DNA from: Intoshia linei
Lineage: Eukaryota; Animalia; Orthonectida
DNA length: 35,433 bases
Assembly (NCBI GenBank): GCA_001642005.1
Contig: LWCA01000265.1
Location: forward strand, 1-35,433
Reading direction: 5' to 3'
The notes beneath the pieces are model-generated. The model was not told the DNA's origin. It saw nothing but the letters and a program-made list of their open reading frames with translations, and searched no databases. Of the stretch, positions 24,401 through 35,433 are shown piece after piece (position 1 is the stretch's first letter; each line of letters opens with the position of its first letter). Both the position numbers and the translations under genes were made by a program.

Positions 24401-25835
24401 TATCTTAATAGAGAGTTAATATATTATTTTTTATAATAATTTTGTAATATCCTGAAAATATACGAATCAAACTAACAAACAAAGTAAAAAAAAATATAGT
24501 AGCATATAGTTTAAATTTATCGTTTTTTTATCTTCTAAAATGTATCATTATAAACGGGTGACTGTTACATACATTATCATTATAAATGGCTTCTTAAATA
24601 TCGTGGTGCACAACACTGTATGAACCACAATGTCACCACACTCTCCTCCCCCAGAGCCGTTTTAAGGTGTCGGCAATATGGGCTGTAGCATAGGGCCACT
24701 CATTAAAAAAGCCTCTTAAATTAATAAAAGTACTCAAAACTTTAAAGGGCCTTCGGCCCTTTGCTTATCCCAGAGCCACAAAGTGGCTTAAGTTAGCTCT
24801 GCCCTCCCCCAAATAAAAAATACTCTTTGAAAAAATTGGAGCAGAAGTTGATTAATATTTACATGTTAATAATAAAAAAGTTTACATTAAAAATGATACA
24901 AACAAGCTAACTGATACAAAAATTTTTCACTTCTTACAAAATAAAAGATGAAAATATTCCGAATGTCTTTTTGTTTGTAAAAATTTAATTAAAAAATAAA
25001 AAACTCTCGAATTTTAAAAAAAACAAATTCTAAAACAGATTTTCATGCCTTTTATTTATCATAAATGCCAAACTCCAAAATTTCCATCTTGCCGGTTAAA
25101 AAAACATTTTATCGAATAATATTTAATTAATATTTAATATTAATATTACAAAACTACAAATTTTTGAATTAAAATTGTTTAAAATAAAATTTAGTATAAT
25201 TTTTGCTAATGAACCATTCTGCCAACTATTAGATTTTCTTTTTGTTTCATGAATTATTTAAAATGTTTCAAATATTTTAAAAATGACCCTTAAGTCTTTT
25301 AACAGATTATACATTAAAATCTAAGAAAAATTAATGATTATTGGAAGACACTATTTTGACTTGACTTGACTTTGAAAAAGTCCAAATCATAGTTTGACTT
25401 GTTATTTAACATTAACACATGTTACTTGGTAGCATGTTCTCGCATAATTCAAAATCTCTAGAAAACAATTTACATAATACCAAAAAAATTGATTGATCGT
25501 ATTATTGATATAACAATATCCAATTCAATATACACCGTAGACATGTTATCTTTACGGTTTCATTCATCTCACTCGACCTTGTGATGATACTGTGATACCA
25601 TAAGGAATCCAAATAAGAAAAAAAGTAGTTTCATCTTACCTAATTTATAAACAGTGTATTATGCACTATAAACAATATATAAACCAAACTTTTTAATACT
25701 TATAATTACAAAATAAAAAAGGGAAATATATATTAAAATGTTAATATGATAAATTCAATATTACAATATATTACCTTCAATCAAAAAGTTTTTTCCTTTA
25801 TCCGTTTTACAAAAAGATTGTCTGGTGAGATTCAT
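21443..25835 (-). CDS. en: Engrailed-family homeobox protein, about 260 aa
   Basis: Exons 25835-25775, 22637-22191, 22106-21907 and 21517-21443 are GT-AG, phase-consistent and total 783 nt. EH1 KNFLIE|DILSESFG; EH2 [17 protein letters not shown]; homeodomain [50 protein letters not shown]|NKRAKIKK. The first exon is inferred from the EH1 fit and is less certain than the rest. Confidence 0.93.
23120..23452. repeat. Foldback repeat of ~38-bp units in opposite orientations, in engrailed intron 1
   Basis: About 3 units like TTTTTTTGAACCAAATTTTAAGTGGCGTTT followed by about 5 inverted units like AAACGCCCCTTAAAATTTAGTTCAAAAAAA. Confidence 0.72.
24157..24280 (+). mobile_element. Helitron 5' fragment in engrailed intron 1
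   Basis: A|TCCTAACTTATATATAATATGCTACG...TGTGTGTG...TTAGAATTTTATAAAATCCACACTTCAATTACAG is the inverted copy of about 11358-11477. Confidence 0.72.
24652..24801 (+). mobile_element. 150-bp hAT MITE, internal-deletion derivative of the 15935-16532 element, in engrailed intron 1
   Basis: Same TIR (CAGAGCCGTTTTAAG...CTTAAGTTAGCTCTG) and shared subterminal sequences; 8-bp TSD TCCTCCCC/CCCTCCCC. Confidence 0.85.
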
Positions 25836-28563
25836 GAATTAGATTAAATATTGAATGTTGAATGTTTAAATATTTTCAGGAATAGATAAATGATTGTAAA
25901 TTAAAATTTGAAATTGAAAATGGCAGAGTAAATGTATCTAAATGATAAATTCAAATGTCATTATTATTGGATATTTATCAAAACAGTAGATATCATTTGA
26001 TAATTAGATATCATTTCTTATAAATGCAATATAATACGTGATAATTTTATGAGCAGTAGTAAATTAAATAAAAAGTGTCCTAAAGATTAATACACAAACT
26101 TTTTGCCTAATTTACCAACCTTTGTGTATTAAATTTCAATGCACACTAGTCAATGTTATGAGTTTATTTGTTAGTTTAAAATATCAAAGATAACATTATC
26201 ATAATGCCTATTGTATCATATACATGTTCACGCCCTCATGTCTGTTTAATAATGAAAAGACTGTAAATTGATTTCTTTTATTGCTCAATACATCACTATT
26301 TTTATAATATATACATTATTTTTGGATATTGAGATACACAATCCATTTAATTACATAATCTTTAATTACTGAGCCTAGATTTACTCTATTCATATTACAT
26401 GTTAAAAAAACTAAATTAATTATATAAATTTTTATATTATGCAAACTAATTAAATCTTTTTCCCAATGATAAAATTGTGAATTACAAAATTAGACATTAA
26501 CCCACTTCTCAAATTAGATTATACATTAAAATGTATAATCTTTCATTAAAAATATGATTTGTGTAATGCTTAAAAAAAGCTGTAAATGATATTGTGAATC
26601 AATGTGTCAATCAATTTAAACTTGGATTATTAGGTACATTCAATTTGGTAAATTGAGCATTATATTTGTTAATTTTTTGGTTATAAACTTATGGAAAATA
26701 TTTTTGTTTTATGTTTGTGAATAAAAATGATTATCTGGTTACAATTTTTAATTATTTGTATATAATTTTAATTTTTTGTGCAACTGTTGAGGAATATTAA
26801 AAAAAATTATCAAAATTACTAAAATTACTAAAATTAAATGTAAAATACCAAGTTTACAAATTGAATTAACACTAAATAAATCAAAAATAATCTATAATAT
26901 TAGCATACATTACTTTTAGTGTAAATACACCCACATTTATTAAATTTGTAATAATCAGTGTCTGTCATAATGTATCGTTAATCATTGTCAGAATTTTTAA
27001 TTTGTTTTTTCATTAGATAGTTTTAATTTTATTTTAAACACTTATTGTCAATTACAACACTTGTTGAACTTGTCAATTTTTGTTATGATTGCAAAAATTT
27101 TCAAATTTTTATATTTTATAATTTTTAATTCATAATTATTTAGATTATGGTTAGTTTAAATTTTAAAAGATCTCAATAGAATTATACTGATTATAGTTTC
27201 ATTTATTTAAAAAAATACTCGTATTTACTAGACTACATTTATGTAGATTTTGAAGCGGATATCATGGTGTTATTTGGAAATTTTTGAGCGAATTTGGCAG
27301 TTTCGTAGATATGTTTTGATTAATTGAATTTCGACGACAATAATGTTACTTGAAGACAACCAAATGTCTATTACTAATATGTGAAGTATGGTCAATATCA
27401 ATGAGAATCACCAGATGGAATATAACGCCATAAAGGGGCATGCAAGTACCCTTTTGGTCACGAAGTAGTTTTGTTAATTTGAGTATACATGTAGGTTCAT
27501 TTAAGTCAGCATTTATCAACTATAACAAATTAAATATCGCTTCTTTTGATAACCCTACATTATGCTGTTTCAAAAAGCACCGGTTTGAAAACATTAAAAA
27601 GTAAGTCTCATTATTGATGATTCTGAATGAGTATAATTTCATACATCATGAATTTTAATATTTGAGGCTAAGCCATTGTGATCGTTATAAAGCTTAGTAC
27701 AATCATAATGTAATTAAAATCTTTGAATTCTGTGTACAGGTGAAAATTTAATAAAATATAGACGAACCGATAAAATGTGGTAGCTTATATTAAACATTAT
27801 CAAAGTGTTCTCAATGATTGGTGCATCGACCTTGCGAGCGATTTTTCTAAAACATTTATACAAAGTCAATTTTTAACATTTTATACATATTTTGTACATA
27901 TTCTTAGAGGATCGTCGAAAATTATGTATTATTACTGATGGTTTGGAAATTCTTATGTGGAGCACTATCCTCTACATTTTTAATTTCTGGGTTATCTTTA
28001 CTTCAAATTATTAATTTTCATAATTTATAGCAACCAAAAAACATTTTTCACAATAATCTTACTATCCCAAAACCCAAATCCCAAAATCCAAATTTAAATC
28101 AAACCAACTTTTGTATAGGTATTGAGGCATTGAAGAACATTAATTTACCAGCTGCCGGTAATTTTTTTCTACAGTAAATTCGAATTCAAGGTTTGTAATA
28201 TTAGATGGGATATCTACCTAATTTAGACCATGCATTGTAAAGGTTTTACATGTTGACCCTTACGTAAAATGATTTTGAAGCATTTATAAATGGATTATTA
28301 AAAAAATTATATTTTAAAATATTATGACTACATGTATTTTAATTATCCAATTTAAAAGGCCATACCATCCCCATGGAGAGGTGACTTAGCCTGTGTACGA
28401 TTAAAAAAATCATCAAAACTTTTTTAGAGTAATTTTAATAATTTTTAAACATTTGGTCCCCACTTTTTGAGGAAAATATGCCAGTAAAATCCAGTGATAT
28501 TTGTCGGGAAAATCGATTTGAAGTGTTAAGAATTTATTTTACATATTGGGTGTGGAATGATTT

Positions 28564-28648
28564 GCAGAGAGAGGGATTCGAACCTAGCCACAGTGTTGCT
28601 GCCACACAGAATAAAATTATATGACTATAACCACTCTTCCAGTTTGAC
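28564..28648 (-). pseudogene. tRNA-derived sequence (Ser/Leu-like, long variable arm), non-functional
   Basis: TGGAAGAGTGGTT (A-box-like)...GGTTCGAATCCC (B-box) over ~85 nt; acceptor and anticodon stems do not pair well. A related copy lies at 14841-14897. Confidence 0.5.
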
Positions 28649-28974
28649 ATCACGGTGAGTTAGATCAAAAGGACTATTCTAGAAAAACCCAGTACATTTT
28701 TGGGGCAAATTAATTTAAACTGCTAACAAAAATTTTTAAATATTGAGTGCGCCGCAAACAGTAAAATTTTGGGATCCACTGTCTTAGATCAACATATAAG
28801 CTGTGACATAAGGCTGTGAATATATCATTATAAAAAACGTAAATTTTAGTTTGTATAACCCTATGACCATGGATATATCATATCTACTTTACCTCAAATA
28901 AATTTCGATATTAATTTTTATTTAACACGTTTATATAATTAAAGTAAAATGACTAATGCAACTCGAATAGCTAG

Positions 28975-29196
28975 CAGGGCGGATTCAAGGGGTGCAGAAG
29001 GTGCAGTTGCACCCCTAAATTTTTTTAAAAAATTTTTTAATTAATGTTTTGTAAAATAACTGAAAAAAGTTTTAATTTATTAAAGCAATATAAATAGCGC
29101 ATAACATTACATGTCATTACATGAACAATTGATCATGTGACTTGAGGCCTTGTGTTATGTGGACTGGCCCTCATAAATTGGCACTATGACTATAAT
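28975..29196 (+). mobile_element. Left end / deletion fragment of the same hAT family as 16906-17305
   Basis: Starts CAGGGCGGATTCAA, a 12/14 match to the reverse complement of the 17305 end. Shares CATTACATGAACAATTGATCATGTGACTT...CACTATGACTATAAT and encodes LCGLALINWHYDYN. Confidence 0.72.
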
Positions 29197-29524
29197 TTTA
29201 TTTTTTACTAATTATTTATTTATTAATTATTTATTTAACTTCAATTTAAGAACCACTTCCAATTGACATTACGATTCATTTGCAAAAAAAATTTAACATA
29301 CACACATGTATCACACTATATATTTTTGATTTTTGGGTAGTGTCAAATATGGTAAATTCGTCTCTGTCGGATAACAAAAAAATTTTTAAAAAATACATTT
29401 TTCTTATTAGTTTACGGGCTAGGTAAGATTTTCGTCGTGTCAAGTAAAAACATTACAAACCAACTCTTTGAATGGGTAAAATATCGAACTATTTAAAACT
29501 TTTCAAAGTCTAGTTTATACACAA

Positions 29525-29708
29525 CTAGGTTGACTGTTATGTACTCCGTACAAGCAGCATTTAGCTCTGCCGAGGGCACATTTTTATTGTACCAAAAAAA
29601 TAAATTCACGTTGAAAATCTAACTTAAAAATCTTACTATTCAATATTATAAATCATTTAAAGGAGTGGTTTCCAAACTTGTTTTAGGTGGAACTTTCATT
29701 TCACATTT
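29525..29708 (-). mobile_element. Helitron 3' fragment
   Basis: Third copy of the same 3' end, with hairpin and CTAG|T terminus. Confidence 0.75.
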
Positions 29709-32316
29709 TACTAATACATACTTAAACTTGGAAAAAATAATTGTTACTAATTGTCGACATCTAATCAAAACTTAATTGATTATTTACTGTTCAAATCAAA
29801 TATATATATAAATATATATTATAAATGACAACCAATACAATACAATAACAGAATAAATAATATAAATACCGTTTAATTTTCAAGCTGAAATGGAAAATTT
29901 TTTACAAATCTGAAATTGACATGATAAATAATCGCTAAAAATGAAAAAAATAAAATAATTATTAAAATTAAATTTAATAGTCAAAATTGAACAGAGTAAT
30001 AATAATAAATTTTAATTAAAAACACTTTTATGAATTATAGTACTTTGGGAAATTAAAAATGATACATATCAAAGAAAAATTGATAAACTGTCCCATATCG
30101 GCATCATATCGTACTATTTAAAATTTCTTTTGTATCAAAGTCAATTATATATATAAAATTGTATTGTATTGAATGATACAGTTGTTTACACTCTCAAATC
30201 AATTTTTTATACATTTCAATTACATGTATTTATATGTATTTGTATTCCTTTGGTGTGACATATCAAATTTCAGTAAATTTTTTTAATTATGAAATATTAT
30301 TGCTTTACTAAATTATTAATAGTTTTAGTAGATAATTTGATCAATTTTATGGCGTAAATTACGCATTTGTTATTTTCGTATTTTAATCAATTTTGTATTG
30401 GCAATTAAAATGGTTAATTTGAAACGATTTTATTATTTTAATGACAAGAATTTTGTAAGTATCTTAAATTAGTTACAAATTTTTTTAATTTTTCATTTCA
30501 TTTGGTAATTTTAAATCGGTGGAATGAACTAAAATGAACAATATGGGTAAAAAAAAAGAAAGAATAGTATAACAATATGGAATATTTGTAAAGTATAAAA
30601 ACTTTAAGGTTTCAGTTACTACGTTTATAATGTGAATTTTAAATTTAAAATTTCAATTTAAAAATTCATTATACAAATGTATAAATGACATGTATTAATT
30701 TGACCGTTAACCAAACTGAATTAGCGGCATCATGAAACTAAAAAATAAACAGTAATCAATTGAGATAAAAATAAAATTTAATCTAATCAATTTAACAATT
30801 GTGACATTGGGTCAAATTAACCATATATAAAAAATTATTTCCAAGTGATTTATTTTACTTTTGATTTATTTTCAATAGTTCCGAAATTGAAATTATTTCA
30901 AACAAAATTGTGTATTTATTATTTATACTTGATTTATTTGTCGCTATTATGACTTTTAGTCTTTATCCAAATTTTGTTTATCGTTTTTTATGGTTCTACT
31001 GACAAATGGAGTAGTTTATTGTAGTGTAATTGGTATTGTAGTTTTTGGAAATTGTATCAATTGTGATGTCTCGAATTATGATGATGCGAATGAACATTAT
31101 GCATCTATTTTTATAGATTATATATATGTATTGTAAATATTTTAATTTCCAAAATAAGAAATTTTAAATTTTTAAAATTAGAATTATATAAAATCCAACA
31201 AATGTAAGATCATTATAAAAAAAAATTTATAGGAATTTTTTCAGGGTCATTATCAGCTACAAACCTTACATACCGTAACGATCTTAGAGGGAGGTGGATG
31301 AGTGTCATCTTACTGGTCAAAAACCCCGATTGCCTTTTTTTGAGAATTAAACAAGTTAGAGAATTTAAAAAAATATATTAGATAATATAAATATTTATAT
31401 AAATGGAATGGGAATTGAAATTGGAATCTACTATTCTGTTTGAAGATTAGAAATATTGAAAAATGGTTTTATAATGTGTGCATTATAAACTTCTGGGACT
31501 GCCGTTTTCTAAATTAATGATTAGCCACATACTCACAATTTTAGCAAATTTTAATTTATAACCGTAAGGAATCTTTACTAAGGGTAGTCCTTTACCAATA
31601 TAAAATTGAATGTAAGGTTTTGTTAACTTTTATTTACAACATTAACCGTTGTACAATTAAACAAAATACATAAAAAATCATACTATTTTTAGACATTGAA
31701 TCTTTTAAGGTCAATAATACAATTTCCCTTTTTTTGAAAAAATTTAATTATTCCTATATTTTAAAAAACATAAATTTTGAGACGCGTTTTAAAATTATTA
31801 CCATTTGTCATAAATATCAGCATCCGTAATGTGTATCTTTAATGTCAAAACCATAAATTAGCTTTTTTTTAAAAATGAAAAAAGTCCTATATTTTATAAA
31901 ATATATCTTCTGTAATTGTTTTTAAAATGATCAGCAATTAAAATTATCATTAATCGAAACCTCAAAAAAGTGAATTTCAGGGTCAAAACCCAATATTACC
32001 ATTTTTTAAAAAAATTAAAATAATCTAAGAATTTAAAAAAAATGACAGTTCATACAGTTATATCTAGTTAAGAGATCTAAAAAAATTCAATATCACAAAG
32101 TAATGACCTCAGTGTCACCACAGCACTTTAGTATTCATGTTTTTTATTTGGTGATCATCTTATAAAAACAAAAAATATTAAATAACTAAGTGCTAGAATT
32201 GAAAAAAATATTATTCTGATACATTTTATTCAATTTGATCTAGTTGCAAAATTTCAACCTCAAAAATCTACGCATTTCCGGTGAAAAATAAATTTTAATT
32301 TTTGAATTTATATTAT

Positions 32317-32453
32317 CCCTTTCACTGTTTGAAATTTGTTTTAATTTAAACTTGTAAAATTTTTAAATTACCTATGTGAAAATGTATGAAACTAAAACAA
32401 TAGTTTTTAAAAATTATGCTGTTATAGTACAGAATACATCGACAGTGAACGGG
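32317..32453. mobile_element. Degenerate piggyBac-type MITE
   Basis: TTAT|CCCTTTCACTGT...ACAGTGAACGGG|TTAA; imperfect TIR, one target site mutated. Confidence 0.5.
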
Positions 32454-32596
32454 TTAAAAATAAAAAAATTCATGTACAATTTAAAAAAAAAGTGGAAATT
32501 GACCTGATACATATTTGAATTACATAAATTTAAACAAATTGACACTATAAGGTTTTAATTTAAATAATTTTATTATAATAATTTAAAAGAATAAGG

Positions 32597-33191
32597 TTAA
32601 AAATAAGTAATATTTCCTTCTTCAATTTTATTAAATTCAGGATAGTAAAGTTCTTGCATTTTTACTTTATCCAATTTGCCTAAAATGTAAATATATTTAT
32701 ATTATACACTATATGCCATTTTTATTTAAAATAAAATTTTTTATCGGAATAATTTTGGTTGGCAACATGTAAAGTGGTAAATGAATTGCGATCATCTCAT
32801 TGAATTCTTCAATATTCTTGTTATTATCATTGTCAAATTCTATAAATGCAACGATATCTTTTTTGTTTCCAATTACGAAATTGGAACAGTTTGAAATATT
32901 TCATATTATCTATAATATAAAATTAATCAAAATTTAAATTTTATAATCATGTTCACATGTAATAAATATTATTATAATTAGTTTAAATATTTTAATATAC
33001 ATGTACAAACAATTATTAATAAACCTACTCTATTTGAGTTAAATTAAATATGTATCATTTGAATTTAATATTTTGATTAATTCTCGAGGTAAAATAAATT
33101 ATTTAGGTATCATGATTGTATTCCACCAAATCACCAGTTTTGTAATTTTTTCCGATCATTACACCATTGATGTAACAGTTTTTGTTTGAAA
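32597..33191 (-). pseudogene. Intron-containing pseudogene of an NRPS-like adenylation-domain enzyme (AASDH/ACSF4- or Ebony-like)
   Basis: Exons 33191-33025, 32909-32717 and 32679-32597 translate SNKNCYING...NYKTGDLV (A7)...IYFTSRINQNIKFK*YIFNLTQIE* (A8)...DIVAFI...HLPLYMLP (A9)...LNKNG|KLDK (A10). Four in-frame stops; the last donor is GC. Confidence 0.75.
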
Positions 33192-34139
33192 CTAAATATA
33201 ATTAAATTTTATATTGTATATATACAATATAGATAATATACATTCATTTAGTTAAAGTGGCCAAAAAAAAATATGTACTATCAATTTTAGTTCATTTGGT
33301 GTTAAATGTGAAGCCAAAACTACTAATCCATAATGAAGAATAAAAATTTTAATTTAACATGTATGTCTGTTTATTTATTCGTTTGTTCCAGTTTATTTAA
33401 GAAAGTAAGAGGTGTAAAGTTTCAAAAATACCATTTTCTAATACTAATTTTTGGTCGCTTCGGTTTTGTTGCAAATTTAATTTTCAGAGATGTCTTTCAA
33501 AATCAATAACACGATTATATTAATTATTGTATGATACTAGACCTGACGCGGATATATAAGCCGTGTATATAACATGTCACAGTACATGTCAACAGTAAAT
33601 ATACCAATAACACTGTCCGACACAATTGACGTTTTTTTTTGATCTGGATAAAATTATAATAGTATTATAGATAATTTCAGGGTGAACAAAATGATGTAAC
33701 TCTTGTGGTATGAATCGCTCAACTTTTTGAAATAATCAGGTAATAGCTTTGTTGCTATAGGCAAACTAATAATTTCATTATTTTTATAAGTGCCTTAATT
33801 ACACTAATCCTAATATAAGATTTAAAATATAAAAAATCTTTCTAGAATAAAATTAACTTTAATTTACGATACTAAGGTTAAAAATATGAAAATCTTACTG
33901 CAAATATAGAGGTTTTATAAAAAAGGAAAATGGGGTCCTAAAAAGTACTAATCCCTAATTTTGATCTTAACGACTTTTTCGCTATTTAAATGAACTTTCA
34001 AATTTAGAAATATAATTCCATTACAAGACTCTTGAATCGCTCATTTTTTTAATTAATTTACAGTTGAAGTTACATATAAATATTTAATTTAATTTTTACA
34101 AAAATATATATAGTCACATATCATATTTAATATGTATTT

Positions 34140-34254
34140 TTCCGTGTACCGACGCTCAAAAACATTCAAAATTTGATGGAAACGCTCCCCATTGCTCGTC
34201 TCACCAATTTCCGCAATTCTTTGCAAAGTAATCCAAATAATGCATCTTTATACT
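34140..34254 (-). mobile_element. Chapaev3-like (CMC) transposase fragment
   Basis: SIKMHYLDYFAKNCGNW*DEQ-GERFHQILNVFERRY resembles the motif MSxKxHFLHSHLDxFPENxGxxSDEQGERFHQDIxxMExRYQG. Confidence 0.6.
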
Positions 34255-35048
34255 ATACTAGGGCCACCAAAAATTAACAATTAAATTGACTATAACAAGA
34301 CAAAACAGTACATGAGTATAGCAAATTTTTTCAAACAATACAGTGTTGCCAAATCGTGTTTTTTTCACTCTTGTAAATTTTAAATTTTTTATTGGTGCAA
34401 TAAAATTAAATCAATTATAATCAGGACAAGTAAAATTTAATTTTGTATATGTTAATTAGCATGATGATACGAATATTATGCTTATTAATTGGCTAATTAA
34501 ACTTTTAGTCATTTTTTGTTTACATTTGTAAAAAATTTCAATTTATTAATTTTTTTTATTCAAAATGTAAGGTATACAAATGTATCAATAATGACTCTGT
34601 GAATTTGACTCTGCAAAACATAATAAATAGTTAGCCTCAACATAAGAAATGGTATAGATAATATGATATTATGAATATTGTAAACGGTTTGCTACAACAA
34701 AAATTGAGAAAACTTTGTTTCTGCAGGAGTGCAGTGCATATAAAAAATTTTATAAAAGTTAATAAAGTTACAAAAAATTAGACGTTATTTTTTTAATTTC
34801 CATGGTTTATTAAAAAACTTATTCTAATTATAATACACTGGCAAATTAGGAAAAAAAAAAGAAGAAAATTTGAGTATTTTAGTCAAAAAATATTAGATAT
34901 TGCAGATGAGATGATGATAGATGAAATAAAAAATCTAGATGTATCTATGAAATCAAATCTAATTTATTTTATTATGTAAAAAAACAAATAAATGTCTTAA
35001 ATATTGGTTTTTTAGTTAATGAAATAAGTAAGATGTATTATAAATATG

Positions 35049-35433
35049 TTATATTATTTCATTATCCAGGTTATATTTAAGCATCACGTATTCACCCAAA
35101 TTTTCAGGTTTGAAGTTTCCACTTTTTGCATTGATTTTGTGTAAAATAAAGAAACTTCTTTCAACGCTAATAGATGTTGACTGGCAATTTAAAAGGCTTG
35201 CGTATTGGTGTGGTGTTATATCTTCCCTTGTTAGATTTTCTACAGCCTTGATATCAGAATTTTCTAATCTTTTTTCAAGATATAATTTAATATTGGCCAG
35301 ATCTCTTTTGAAATGTAGATTGTTTAAATCATACAAAGCATCTGATATTTTATAGTTAACAGAGCATGACTTTTTTATTGAGGATATATAAAAAAGTAGT
35401 TGTGCATAATTTCAACAATTTCTTTACACAAAT
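35049..35433 (-). mobile_element. hAT-type transposase C-terminal fragment running off the window
   Basis: IKLYLEKRL...LLNCQSTSISVERSFFILHKINAKSGNFKPENL contains the hAT dimerisation motif TSxxxERxFS; an in-frame stop lies upstream. Confidence 0.72.

Noticed and set aside
27230-27780. Slightly GC-richer stretch suggesting a coding remnant
   Set aside because: The frames I translated contain stops and no recognisable motif; possibly old TE sequence but unsupported.
32901-33057. Selenocysteine recoding of the two TGA codons
   Set aside because: One TGA replaces a conserved Gly, TAA and TAG also occur in frame, and I saw no SECIS-like element.
21419-33105. Alternative genetic code (stop reassignment) explaining the engrailed TAA and the pseudogene stops
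   Set aside because: SPAG16 ends at TAA exactly at the expected C-terminus, long exons of the intact genes have no internal stops, and the pseudogene uses all three stop types.
33530-33810. Possible upstream exon of the adenylation pseudogene (SVIGIFTVD...)
   Set aside because: Similarity is too weak to support by eye and the frames are broken.

Overview
This is very AT-rich eukaryotic (animal) genomic DNA with spliceosomal introns, so the six-frame ORF track misses most exons. Reading splice junctions by hand gives three host genes: SPAG16/PF20 (+, 11 exons seen, 5' part not found, 1516-7623); a GRAMD1/Aster-like GRAM+VASt sterol-transfer gene (-, 3 exons, 14364-7671) ending tail-to-tail only 47 bp from SPAG16; and a divergent engrailed (-, 4 exons, 25835-21443). 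Near the right end is an intron-containing pseudogene of an NRPS-like adenylation-domain enzyme (AASDH/Ebony-like) with four in-frame stops. The rest is mostly decayed transposons: a gypsy integrase remnant, a Tc1 DD34E transposase split by a hAT element, several hAT remnants, a non-autonomous Helitron family (4 pieces), piggyBac/pogo/hAT MITEs, foldback repeats, a Chapaev3-like fragment and two related tRNA-like sequences. I found no convincing novel multi-gene system. The best oddities are an EH5-like 'NHST' tail stranded in frame behind the engrailed stop codon, an intron splitting engrailed EH1, and the nonsense-riddled but frame-intact adenylation pseudogene. All family assignments are by motif recognition, not database search.
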